NCBI GenBank assembly: GCA_023819145.1
Contig: JAMWCW010000004.1
Location: 9,935 to 73,934, forward strand
Source: Candidatus Omnitrophota bacterium
GTDB taxonomy: Bacteria; Omnitrophota; Gorgyraeia; DTHP01
Reading direction: 5' to 3'
DNA: 64,000 bases
The notes under the pieces were generated by a model, which was given only the letters and a program-made list of their open reading frames with translations, ran no database searches and was not told the DNA's origin. This document shows positions 1 through 9,257 of the stretch, piece after piece (position 1 is the stretch's first letter; each line of letters starts with the position of its first letter). A program made the position numbers and the translations under genes.

Positions 1-283
1 TTAAATCCACAACATATAAAATAAGGTCGCAGTCGGTTTTTGCCCTTAAGGCAGTAGTATTTAAATATTTTCCCAATTCACTTTTAGGAATATGCAAACC
101 CGGGGTATCTACAAAGACAATTTGACCTCTTTCTTCATTGAGAATGCCTCGGATCTGAAATCGAGTGGTTTGTGGTTTCGAAGAAGTAATGCTTACTTTC
201 TCCTTTAAAATATTATTGAGAAGAGTAGACTTTCCTACATTTGGTCTTCCGATAATTGCTACAAATCCACATTTTTTATCCAT
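1..283 (-). CDS. era: GTPase Era, 5' part (runs off window edge; not in ORF track)
   Basis: Manual translation from ATG at 283: [23 protein letters not shown]...[11 protein letters not shown]...IVFVDTPG, i.e. Era G1/G2/G3 motifs. Confidence 0.93.
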   Translation of the reverse strand, partial: MDKKCGFVAIIGRPNVGKSTLLNNILKEKVSITSSKPQTTRFQIRGILNEERGQIVFVDTPGLHIPKSELGKYLNTTALRAKTDCDLILYVVDL

Positions 284-289
284 GTTTTA

Positions 290-318
290 AATATAACAGT
301 TTTGAGATAGATATTCAA
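290..318 (-). promoter_or_regulatory. sigma70 promoter of era (TTGAAT-17-TATATT, extended -10 TG)
   Basis: Motif read on minus strand; -10 ends 6 nt before the ATG. Confidence 0.6.
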
Positions 319-366
319 TATCAATATAAATTATACCAAATACTTATGCTGTTATTATGTTTTTCG

Positions 367-395
367 TTGACAGATATCTCAATTTTTGCTATATT
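367..395 (+). promoter_or_regulatory. sigma70 promoter of marR-RND operon (TTGACA-17-TATATT, extended -10 TG)
   Basis: Perfect -35, 17-nt spacer, TGn before -10. Confidence 0.7.
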
Positions 396-396
396 T

Positions 397-420
397 AGTT
401 ACATTAATATTTAATTAACT
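397..420. promoter_or_regulatory. Candidate MarR operator (imperfect inverted repeat AGTTA-c-ATTAA-tat-TTAAT-TAACT)
   Basis: Palindrome overlapping the predicted transcription start upstream of marR; AT-rich, so chance is possible. Confidence 0.35.
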
Positions 421-440
421 TAAGTATAACAATTATTCCT

Positions 441-890
441 ATGTCAATTAACCAATTTAGCAAGAAAATGGTGATTATCTTGCCCAAGGTAATGAGATTA
501 ATGACCAAAAGGCAATCTAATGAATTATTTAAAGGAAAAATTACCTTACCACAGTTTATAGTTATGGAGTTTTTATATAGAGAGGGACCTGCTATGATGT
601 CAAAAATAGCAGAAATTCTATCGGTAAGTGCACCTGCGGCAACAGGGATTGTGGATAAGTTAGTCAGAGATGCATATTTAATACGGGAAAGCGCACCGGA
701 AAGCAGAAGAATCATATTGATAAAGCTTACTAAAAAAGGCAAGAAATTGGTTGAAAGAACAGTTAAACAAAGGCAAATCTTAATCAAGGATATTTTTGGT
801 AAACTTGAAGAAAAAGAACGCCAGCAATATTTATACATCTTGAATAAAATTTATAAGGTTCTTCAGAATAATCACAAAGGCACAGTATGA
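441..890 (+). CDS. MarR-family transcriptional regulator
   Basis: 149 aa wHTH: ITLPQFIVM...ATGIVDKLV...SRRIILIKLTKKG. Confidence 0.93.
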   Translation: MSINQFSKKMVIILPKVMRLMTKRQSNELFKGKITLPQFIVMEFLYREGPAMMSKIAEILSVSAPAATGIVDKLVRDAYLIRESAPESRRIILIKLTKKGKKLVERTVKQRQILIKDIFGKLEEKERQQYLYILNKIYKVLQNNHKGTV

Positions 891-2149
891 GAAAATTTAT
901 TTTATTTATCTATCTGATAGGCATTTCTTTATCCTGGGCAAAAGAACCTATAAAGCTTACCCTTGAGGAAGCAATAACTATTGCCTTGCGGGATAATCGG
1001 GAGATTCTTATTAAAGAGGAAGATTTGAAGAAGGCAAAAGAGAAATTAAGAGAAGCAAGGGCAGGAATTTTCCCCAAAATCAGTTTAGGAAGTTCAATAT
1101 CGGAGACACTCGATTATTACGATAAAAATACTACCAATTTCTCTAACCAGCTATCTCTAAAACAATCTCTTTACACCGGCGGTAAAACTTTAGGTAATAT
1201 TAAAGAGACTAAATATAGAATAGAAATGAATCAGGCTTCACTCAATAAAACTATTTTAGAAACAGTTTATACTGTTAAAAAGGCATTTTTTACTCTCCTC
1301 TTAGCGGGAGAATATGCTAAACTAAATGAATTAATTCTTGCAAATACCAAAAATCATTTTAAGGTCGTTAGCGAACGCTATAATAACGGCCAAGCATCTG
1401 AATCAGAGCTTATTAAATTACAACAGGCGATGGCAAGTGTAGAGCACATTTTTCTTACATCTCTTAATCAAATAGAAGGGGCAAAAATGAACTTGAGAAA
1501 TTTACTTAATTTGGAAAAAAGCATAGATATCGAACCTGAAGGCAAATTCATCTATGAGCCGAAAGAGATAGCTTTTGATGAAGTTTATATTAAAGCACTT
1601 AAAGAAAGACCTGAATTATCGTTCTACGAAGCACAAGAAAAAATAGATAAATTACAAAAAGAAACTGCCAGAGCAGAAATCCTTCCTAGCGTATATGCCT
1701 CATGGGACTATTATATTAATCGTTCTAATGCTCCGCAAGCGATTTCAAAAGATTGGGAAAGTCATCAGACCATTGGGATTGTCTTAACCTGGCCAATATT
1801 TGACGGTTTTGCTACTCAGGCAAAAATAAGTCAGGCAGAAATTGATTTAAAAGAAACTCAACTGCTTAAAGAAAAGACCATTATGGATATAGCCTCAGAA
1901 TTAAAAGATGCTTATTTAGAGTTAAATAACGCTCTTACAAAATTAAAGGCAAAAGATACAGAAATAAAATTCTACGAAGATAATCTACGCATAATTAACG
2001 ATAAGTATAAAATGGGGATTGCAAGCAGTTTGGATTTAGAAGATGCAAAATTGGGATTTGAAATCTCTAATTTTAATCTTAAAGAAGCAATCTATGACTA
2101 TCTACTTGCAAAAGCAAGAATGGAGAGGGCAATAGGGGAGATAAAATGA
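887..2149 (+). CDS. TolC-family outer-membrane efflux protein
   Basis: Signal peptide, LTLEEAITIAL, two OEP repeats, position in the operon. Confidence 0.92.
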   Translation: MRKFILFIYLIGISLSWAKEPIKLTLEEAITIALRDNREILIKEEDLKKAKEKLREARAGIFPKISLGSSISETLDYYDKNTTNFSNQLSLKQSLYTGGKTLGNIKETKYRIEMNQASLNKTILETVYTVKKAFFTLLLAGEYAKLNELILANTKNHFKVVSERYNNGQASESELIKLQQAMASVEHIFLTSLNQIEGAKMNLRNLLNLEKSIDIEPEGKFIYEPKEIAFDEVYIKALKERPELSFYEAQEKIDKLQKETARAEILPSVYASWDYYINRSNAPQAISKDWESHQTIGIVLTWPIFDGFATQAKISQAEIDLKETQLLKEKTIMDIASELKDAYLELNNALTKLKAKDTEIKFYEDNLRIINDKYKMGIASSLDLEDAKLGFEISNFNLKEAIYDYLLAKARMERAIGEIK

Positions 2150-3030
2150 GAATCCGAAATGTTGTTCTAGCCTTTTGTGGATTTTTAATGCTCAGTGGTT
2201 GTCAGAAGAAATTAGAAGTAAAGAAAGAGGTTCTTCCAGAAACAATTCCTGTAAGGGTAATTAGGATAAAACCAAGAGACCTATTAGAGACTATAGAGTA
2301 CGTTGGGGATATCAAAGCCAAGGATGAAGTTTTAGTTTATCCCAAAGTAACAGGAAAAGTTATCGAAAAGGTAAAAGAGGACGGTAGTTTTGTAACGAAA
2401 GGAGAAACAATATTATATATTGACCGCGATGAAGTAGGATTTAAGTTCGAAAAGGCACCTGTAGAAAGTCCTTTGAATGGAGTAATCGGAAGGGTTTATG
2501 TAGATTTAGGAGAAAACGTTGGTCCTCAGACTCCGGTTGCTAAAGTCCTAGATTTAGATAAGGTAAAAATTAAATTAGAAATACCCGAGAAGCATCTTCC
2601 CCGCATCTCTTTAGGTCAAAGAGCAAAAATATATGTAGATGCCTATCCCGCCCAAGAATTTAGTGGAGAAATAACTAAAATCAGTCCGGTATTAGATAGT
2701 GATACTCGAACGTTTCCTATTGAAATAACTGTAGCCAATCTCAAACATCTTCTTAAATCTGGTCTCTTTGCTCGTGTAAGTCTAATCATTTCGGAGCATA
2801 AAAATGTTCCGGTTATTCTAAGAGAAGCAATTATCGGTAAAGAACCCGATTTATATGTTTTCACAGTAGAGGAAAATAAAGCGTTTTTAAAGAAAATTAA
2901 ATTAGGAATCCGCCAAGGTCAGTATTATGAGGTCATTGAAGGGTTAAAAGAAGGCGATTTAGTAGTAGTTATGGGACAACAAAGATTGTATGAGGGAGTA
3001 GAAGTAACAGTCGAGGAAAATAGTGATTGA
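2146..3030 (+). CDS. RND periplasmic adaptor (MFP) lipoprotein, apparently lacking the alpha-hairpin
   Basis: Lipobox LSGC; lipoyl halves PKVTGKV...GSFVTKGE and SPLNGVIG; beta-barrel and MP domain (LKSGLFARV, GLKEGDLVV). Confidence 0.9.
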   Translation: MRIRNVVLAFCGFLMLSGCQKKLEVKKEVLPETIPVRVIRIKPRDLLETIEYVGDIKAKDEVLVYPKVTGKVIEKVKEDGSFVTKGETILYIDRDEVGFKFEKAPVESPLNGVIGRVYVDLGENVGPQTPVAKVLDLDKVKIKLEIPEKHLPRISLGQRAKIYVDAYPAQEFSGEITKISPVLDSDTRTFPIEITVANLKHLLKSGLFARVSLIISEHKNVPVILREAIIGKEPDLYVFTVEENKAFLKKIKLGIRQGQYYEVIEGLKEGDLVVVMGQQRLYEGVEVTVEENSD

Positions 3031-3071
3031 GTTAAAAATTATAATATCAAAAGTCTAGAAAGTCTTTAAAC

Positions 3072-6000
3072 ATGAAATTACCTGAATTTGGAGTTAAAAG
3101 ACCGGTTACAAACTTAATGATTTTTGCAGGAATAATTATTCTGGCAATCTACAGCTTATCACGTTTGGGAGTAGACCAGATGCCGGAGATTGAACCGCCA
3201 GTAATTAGTGTAATTTCTGCTTATCCGGGGGCAAGTCCTGAGGATGTAGAAATAAAAGTAACTGAACCTTTAGAAAATCAACTGGCTACAACCCCAGGAA
3301 TAGAAAAAATCACTTCCATTTCTGCAGAAGGAGTTTCTGTAATTACTCTTAAATTTGCCTGGGGAACTAATCTTGATAACGCTTCAAATGACATTCGCGA
3401 CCGTATTGAATTAGCGAAACGTTCCCTACCGGATATACCAGACGAGATGGAAAACCCTTTTATCTTTAAGTTCAATACTGCAATGATGCCTATTCTGTTT
3501 GTAGGAATTACCGCTCAGCAAAATTATGCTGAACTTTTTGATTTAATCGATAAACAGATTGCTGACCCCATTAGGCAAATTCCGGGTATAGGAACGGTAC
3601 AATTATTTGGAGGTTTGGAAAGACAGATTAATGTCTGGATAGATAGAGGTCGTTTAGAAGGATATGGGTTTTCTATTTTGCATATTTTAGATGCATTAAG
3701 GAAGGAAAACATAACTCAACCCGTAGGAAATTTAAAATCAGGTTTAACCAGTTATCTCGTAAGACTCCCCGGAGAATTTTCTTCTCCCGAGGAGTTAAAC
3801 TCTGTAATTTTAGGAAAAAGGGGAAATAGAACAATATACTTAAGAGATGTGGCAAGAGTGGAAGACAGCTTTAAAGAAATAACCCTTGAGGCAAGAATAA
3901 ATAAGAATCGGGGTATGATGATGATGGTCCAGAAACAAACAGGGACCAACACTGTAGAAGTGGCGAAGAGGGCGAAAAATCTCTTGAGCGAATTAGAAAA
4001 GAAATTGCCTAAGGATATAAAGATAAATACGGTTTTTGACAGTTCTCAGGATATCATAAATTCTCTAAATTCCCTAAAAAGTTCTCTTTTGAGGGGCATA
4101 TTTTTTGTAATTTTGGTAGTCTGGTTTTTTTTAAGACAGTTCAGAACCAGTTTGATTATTGCTTTGACTATTCCCTTCTCCTTACTAATTTCTTTCATCT
4201 ATCTTTTTTTGCAGGGAAGAACTATCAATATCATAAGTCTATCTTCCTTAGCTATTGCTTCTGGGATGGTAGTGGATAACGCCATTGTGGTTGTGGACAA
4301 TATTTGGAGACATATAGAAAGAGGTGAACGTTTGCGTGAGGCAGCAATTTTTGGTACCCAGGAAATGTTTCTGGCAATCATTGCTTCCACCTTTACTACC
4401 ATCGCCGTATTTTTACCTTTCTTTTTTATACGCGGAATAATCGGAATTATGTTTGGGGAATTGGCAATGGTGGTTACTATAACTTTATTTGCCTCGCTGT
4501 TTACTGCTTCTACCTTTAGCCCCATGTTATGTTCAAAATTATTAAAAGAAAAACAAACAACCGGAACACAAAAGAAAGGGTTAAGTAAACTCTACGAATT
4601 CTCAGAGAAAGGCCTCAAATCTTTAGAAAATTTATATTCTCAAATACTTTTATCAAGTCTCAGACATAAAAAATTAATTATTTTTTGTTTCTCTTTCTTA
4701 TTCATTTCAAGCCTTTTTCTTCTGCGCTTTTTAGGTAATGAATTCATCCCTGAACAGGACACAGGAGATGTGCGGGCTACCATTCGTCTTCCACTAGGCA
4801 CACGTTTTGAGGAAACAAGAAAAATTGCTTTAAGGATAGAAGAAATCTTAGAAAAAAATGTCCCCGAAAAAAGAGTTATGTTTGTAAGACCAGGAACAAC
4901 CACGAGTATGGGGAGAGCTTTTAGAGCGTCGGGGGAATCAGGAGAAAATATAATCGTTGCCGGAGCAAAACTCGTTCCCAAAACAGAAAGAACACGCTCG
5001 GTTTTTGAAATTGGACAGGTTTTGAGAAAAGAAATTGGTAAAATCCCCGGCGTGTTAAGAATAGATATTTCTACTGGTAATCCCATGGGAAGAATGATTA
5101 CCGGAATGGGGGGAAAGGCAATTCAGGTAGAAATTGTAGGACACTCTTTTGAAACGACAAATACCTTAGCGGAGAAATTGAAAAATATAATTGAGAAAAT
5201 TCCCGGAGCAGTGGATATCAGTATTTCGCGTGAAATAAGCCAACCTGAATTGAGGATTGCCGTAGATAGAGAAAAAGCCTCTATTTTAGGTTTAAATATG
5301 CAGACGATTGCTTCTTCGTTAAAGGCTTACATTGAAGGTTCTACTGCAACAAAGTATCGCGAAAAGGGTGAGACTTACGATATCTATGTGAGATTGGAAG
5401 AAGCTTCACGCACAAAGATAGAAGACATTGAGAATCTATCTGTTGTTGCTCCTCTAACCGGAAACCTCGTAAAGCTGGCTAATTTTGCAAAGGTTTACGA
5501 AACCACAGGACCTGTAGATATTGAAAGAACCAACCGAGAGAGGGTAGTAAAAGTTGAATGTAACGTCTTTGGAAGACCAGTAGGAAAGGTTAGGGAAGAT
5601 ATCGAACAAAACTTGAAACAGTTGGTTATACCTTCAGATATAAGAATTAACTTTGGAGGAGAAGCTGAGGAGCAGATGAAGGCCTTTAAAGATTTAACAA
5701 TTCTGCTAATCTTAGGCATTATTCTTGTCTATATGATTATGGCGGGACAATTTGAGTCTCTCCTCGATCCCTTTGTAGTAATGTTTAGTGTTCCTTTTAC
5801 TTTCTCGGGGGTGTTCTTAGGGCTTTTTCTTACCAAAACAACCCTTAATGTTATTTCCTTCATGGGTATAATAATGCTTATGGGAATAGTAGTAAATAAT
5901 GCTATAGTTTTAATCAGTTATATAAATATATTGCGCGCCAGGGGACTGGTTATGTATGAAGCAGTAGCGCAAGCAGGAAAAGAAAGATTAAGGCCAGTGT

Positions 6001-6200
6001 TTATGACTACTTTTACTACGCTGGCTGGTCTTTTTCCTATGGCTTTTCTAAAAGGAGAAGGTTCAGAAGTATGGCAACCTCTGGGTATAACCATGATTAG
6101 CGGATTAACTGTTTCCACTTTTATCACCCTTATTTTTGTACCTACACTCTATACAGCCCTAGAAACGAGGGTTAAGCAAAGGAGAGAAAGGCGCTTATGA
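3072..6200 (+). CDS. RND (AcrB/HAE1-type) efflux permease
   Basis: 1042 aa; YPGASPEDVE, GMVVDNAIVV, GIVVNNAI, RLRPVFMTT. Confidence 0.96.
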   Translation: MKLPEFGVKRPVTNLMIFAGIIILAIYSLSRLGVDQMPEIEPPVISVISAYPGASPEDVEIKVTEPLENQLATTPGIEKITSISAEGVSVITLKFAWGTNLDNASNDIRDRIELAKRSLPDIPDEMENPFIFKFNTAMMPILFVGITAQQNYAELFDLIDKQIADPIRQIPGIGTVQLFGGLERQINVWIDRGRLEGYGFSILHILDALRKENITQPVGNLKSGLTSYLVRLPGEFSSPEELNSVILGKRGNRTIYLRDVARVEDSFKEITLEARINKNRGMMMMVQKQTGTNTVEVAKRAKNLLSELEKKLPKDIKINTVFDSSQDIINSLNSLKSSLLRGIFFVILVVWFFLRQFRTSLIIALTIPFSLLISFIYLFLQGRTINIISLSSLAIASGMVVDNAIVVVDNIWRHIERGERLREAAIFGTQEMFLAIIASTFTTIAVFLPFFFIRGIIGIMFGELAMVVTITLFASLFTASTFSPMLCSKLLKEKQTTGTQKKGLSKLYEFSEKGLKSLENLYSQILLSSLRHKKLIIFCFSFLFISSLFLLRFLGNEFIPEQDTGDVRATIRLPLGTRFEETRKIALRIEEILEKNVPEKRVMFVRPGTTTSMGRAFRASGESGENIIVAGAKLVPKTERTRSVFEIGQVLRKEIGKIPGVLRIDISTGNPMGRMITGMGGKAIQVEIVGHSFETTNTLAEKLKNIIEKIPGAVDISISREISQPELRIAVDREKASILGLNMQTIASSLKAYIEGSTATKYREKGETYDIYVRLEEASRTKIEDIENLSVVAPLTGNLVKLANFAKVYETTGPVDIERTNRERVVKVECNVFGRPVGKVREDIEQNLKQLVIPSDIRINFGGEAEEQMKAFKDLTILLILGIILVYMIMAGQFESLLDPFVVMFSVPFTFSGVFLGLFLTKTTLNVISFMGIIMLMGIVVNNAIVLISYINILRARGLVMYEAVAQAGKERLRPVFMTTFTTLAGLFPMAFLKGEGSEVWQPLGITMISGLTVSTFITLIFVPTLYTALETRVKQRRERRL

Positions 6201-6487
6201 AAATGGTAATGATTGTCTATAATGAAGCAATAGAGGAAATGGTGATGGAAATTATGGTAAAATGTGGCTTAAAAAATTACACAAAAATTGCCGGGGTATA
6301 TGGAAAGGGAACATCTTCAGGAACGCACTTAGGAAACGATATCTGGCCAGGAAGAAATAATCTTTTATACGTCGCCTGTGAAGAAAAAGAAAAGAATGAA
6401 ATGGTTTGTTGCATTAAAGAATTGAGAAAGAGATTTGGATACGAAGGGGTAAAGGCATTTGTTCTTCCGGTAGAGGAAATAACTTAA
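6197..6487 (+). CDS. PG0541-family (PII-like fold) transporter-associated protein
   Basis: 96 aa; GKGTSSGTHLGNDIWPGRN, KAFVLPVEE; directly after the RND gene. Confidence 0.8.
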   Translation: MKMVMIVYNEAIEEMVMEIMVKCGLKNYTKIAGVYGKGTSSGTHLGNDIWPGRNNLLYVACEEKEKNEMVCCIKELRKRFGYEGVKAFVLPVEEIT

Positions 6488-6488
6488 A

Positions 6489-7010
6489 ATGATTCTTATA
6501 AAACTATTTTTTACTTTTCTTAAAATTGGACTATTTACTATTGGAAGTGGCTATTCAATGCTTGTGCTTGCGCAGAAATATATAGTAGACACCTACCAAT
6601 GGTTGACGATGGAGGAATTTACAGACTTAGTGGCTATTGCCGAATTAACCCCCGGCCCAATTATCATAAATTTAGCTACCTTTGTAGGAACAAGGGTTGC
6701 CGGGTTGAAAGGAGCCATTCTTTCCACCGTCGGACTTATTATCATCCCTTTTGGATTTTTATTTATTATTGCCAGCAAGTATTTACAGCTTAAAAACTTT
6801 CCTTTTATGCAAAATTTTCTTAATGTCATTAGGCCCATTGCCATAGCGCTTATTACCATTGCCATCATAAATCTTTTTAAAACATCAATTACCAACCTCA
6901 AAACTTTCTTAATTGCAATCATAGCGATTGTCCTCTTGCAATTTTTTAAAGTTAATCCTATATTTATAGTAATTGGAGGATTAATTATTTCCCTTATTTT
7001 TAAAGTATGA
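6489..7010 (+). CDS. Short-chain chromate transporter (CHR family, single domain)
   Basis: FLKIGLFTIGSGY, WLTMEEF, ELTPGPIIINLATFVG. Confidence 0.88.
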   Translation: MILIKLFFTFLKIGLFTIGSGYSMLVLAQKYIVDTYQWLTMEEFTDLVAIAELTPGPIIINLATFVGTRVAGLKGAILSTVGLIIIPFGFLFIIASKYLQLKNFPFMQNFLNVIRPIAIALITIAIINLFKTSITNLKTFLIAIIAIVLLQFFKVNPIFIVIGGLIISLIFKV

Positions 7011-7927
7011 GGATACTAACACGCCTACTCTTGAAATTATTTGTAAAAGATTACGGAGATTTTCATAATCCGGGAGTAAGGGCAAAATATGGCTATCTGG
7101 AATCAGTAACGAGTATCATCGTTAATCTAATTCTTTCGCTGGCCAAATTCTTACTTGGTATCCTTTCTAACAGTATCGCCCTTATCGCCGATTCTTTCCA
7201 TACCTTTTCCGATGTGATCACCTCGGTTATTGTATGGGTAGGATTCAAAGCTTCGCAACGCCCTGCAGATAGTGAACACCCTTTTGGTCATGGGAGAATA
7301 GAATTTATTTCTACCTTAATCATCGGAGTTTTACTGTTATTTGCAGGATTTAATTTCTTAAAAGACTCTTTCCTGCGTATATTAAATCCCCAAGCAGTAA
7401 AAGCAGGCCTTGGAACCATTATTTTTCTTGTTATTTCTGCGTATCTAAAAGAAGAATTGGCAGTATTTGCTACAGAATTAGGGGAGAAGATAAAAGGTGA
7501 TTCCTTACTTGCTGATGCCTGGCATCATCGCACTGATGCCATCGCTTCTTTATTGATAATTTTATCGATCATCGCCTCAAAATTTGGTTACTTCATTGTT
7601 GACGCTTTTTTAGGGTTAATAATCTCTTTAGTAATAATTTGGCTGGGAATAAAATTTGTTCATAAATCTTCAAATAAATTAATAGGTCATGCTCCCAATA
7701 AAGAAATTTTATATAAAATTCAAAGTGAGGCATATAAAATTAAAGGGGTAAAGAACATCCATGACATAGAGATTCATGAATATGGAGAAGAATTAAGAAT
7801 ATCCTTACATATCAAAGTAAAATCCCGACTCCGTGTAGACTCTGCCCACCAAATAGCAGAAGCAGTAGAGCAAAGGTTGAAAGAGAACTTGGGAATTTCT
7901 GCAGTAGTCCACGTCGACCCCCTATAA
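7007..7927 (+). CDS. Cation diffusion facilitator (FieF-like)
   Basis: IADSFHTFSD, HPFGHGRIE, ADAWHHRTD, C-terminal VHVDP. Confidence 0.93.
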   Translation: MRILTRLLLKLFVKDYGDFHNPGVRAKYGYLESVTSIIVNLILSLAKFLLGILSNSIALIADSFHTFSDVITSVIVWVGFKASQRPADSEHPFGHGRIEFISTLIIGVLLLFAGFNFLKDSFLRILNPQAVKAGLGTIIFLVISAYLKEELAVFATELGEKIKGDSLLADAWHHRTDAIASLLIILSIIASKFGYFIVDAFLGLIISLVIIWLGIKFVHKSSNKLIGHAPNKEILYKIQSEAYKIKGVKNIHDIEIHEYGEELRISLHIKVKSRLRVDSAHQIAEAVEQRLKENLGISAVVHVDPL

Positions 7928-8018
7928 TCGTAAGTTAGAGTAGACATTCTTCCTTAAATTTTTTGATTTCTTTTTTTATCTTATAATGCTATAATTAATG
8001 TTCAAAAAAAGGACAGTT

Positions 8019-9257
8019 ATGGAAAATATATTCCGTTTCTTCAAATGGTTATACCCCGGCATGCGGATTAAGCGCTGGATATTTCTCTGTGCCTTGGGTA
8101 TATTCTGCGTGAGTATTGGTTCGGCAAAGGTTGTCTCCCAGAGAGACCCGTTGTTTATCCTTAGCGGTTCTTTACTGCTTTTATTGGGAATAATTTTATT
8201 AACGTTAGGTATAAAATATATGGTTAAATCATTTATCAATATAATATTGCCTGAAAAAGATAAAGAATTGGTAGATATTGTATATCAGAAAAGACACTTA
8301 CAAAAAGGCCCGCGTATCGCAGCAATTGGAGGAGGAACAGGACTGTCTGTGCTTCTGCATGGAATAAAAGAATACACTTCCAACATTACAGCGATTGTTA
8401 CAGTAGCAGATGACGGTGGTAGCTCGGGAAGAATACGGGAACAGTTTGACATGTTGCCGCCAGGAGATATTAGAAACTGCTTAGTAGCCCTTGCGGATGC
8501 CGAACCTTTAATGCGTGAGTTGTTTCAATTTCGTTTTGATAATGATTCCGAATTAAAGGGGCACAATTTTGGCAATCTTTTTATAACCGCACTCTCTAAG
8601 GTTACTGGAGATTTTGAAAAAGCCATCAAAGAGTCAAGTAAAGTATTGGCTATAAGAGGGCAGGTAGTTCCCTCTACCCTAAATAAGGTAAAACTGATTG
8701 CCGAACATACAGATGGAACAAAAACAATAGGGGAATCCAAGATTCCCAACCGCGGAATGCCCATCAAAAAACTTTACCTTAATCCTCTGGAATGCAACCC
8801 TACTGATGAAGCACTAGAGGCAATTTATGAAACAGAGGCAATAATATTGGGACCGGGAAGTTTATATACATCAGTTTTACCTAATCTACTTGTCCGGGGT
8901 ATGACAGAAGCAATTTTAAGAACAAGTGCAATAAAAATATATATCTGCAATGTAATGACTCAGCCCGGAGAAACTGATAATTTTACCGCCTCTGACCATG
9001 TTAAGACAATTATTGAACACACTCATCCCCGTATTATTGATTATTGCATCGTAAACACTGCCCCCATTCCCTATTCACTACGGGAGAAATACAAAGAAGA
9101 AAATGCTTATCCTGTAACAAACGATTCTGCAAAAATCAGAGAATGGGGATATAAAGTTATAGAAGAGGATGTAATTTCTACAACCAACTTTGTTCGGCAT
9201 AGTCCCGAAAAACTTGCACGTTGTATTATGGACTTGCTAAACTCCCTTAGAAAATGA
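8019..9257 (+). CDS. yvcK: YvcK/GlmR (UPF0052, CofD-like) gluconeogenesis/cell-wall factor with N-terminal TM segments
   Basis: IGGGTGLS, VADDGGSSG, PPGDIRNC, GPGSLYTS; start moved to 8019 (SD AAGGA). Confidence 0.9.
   Translation: MENIFRFFKWLYPGMRIKRWIFLCALGIFCVSIGSAKVVSQRDPLFILSGSLLLLLGIILLTLGIKYMVKSFINIILPEKDKELVDIVYQKRHLQKGPRIAAIGGGTGLSVLLHGIKEYTSNITAIVTVADDGGSSGRIREQFDMLPPGDIRNCLVALADAEPLMRELFQFRFDNDSELKGHNFGNLFITALSKVTGDFEKAIKESSKVLAIRGQVVPSTLNKVKLIAEHTDGTKTIGESKIPNRGMPIKKLYLNPLECNPTDEALEAIYETEAIILGPGSLYTSVLPNLLVRGMTEAILRTSAIKIYICNVMTQPGETDNFTASDHVKTIIEHTHPRIIDYCIVNTAPIPYSLREKYKEENAYPVTNDSAKIREWGYKVIEEDVISTTNFVRHSPEKLARCIMDLLNSLRK

Noticed and set aside
3050-3067. AAAGTCTAG-AAAGTCTTT direct repeat before the RND gene
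   Set aside because: Two imperfect 9-mers in AT-rich DNA; too weak to call.
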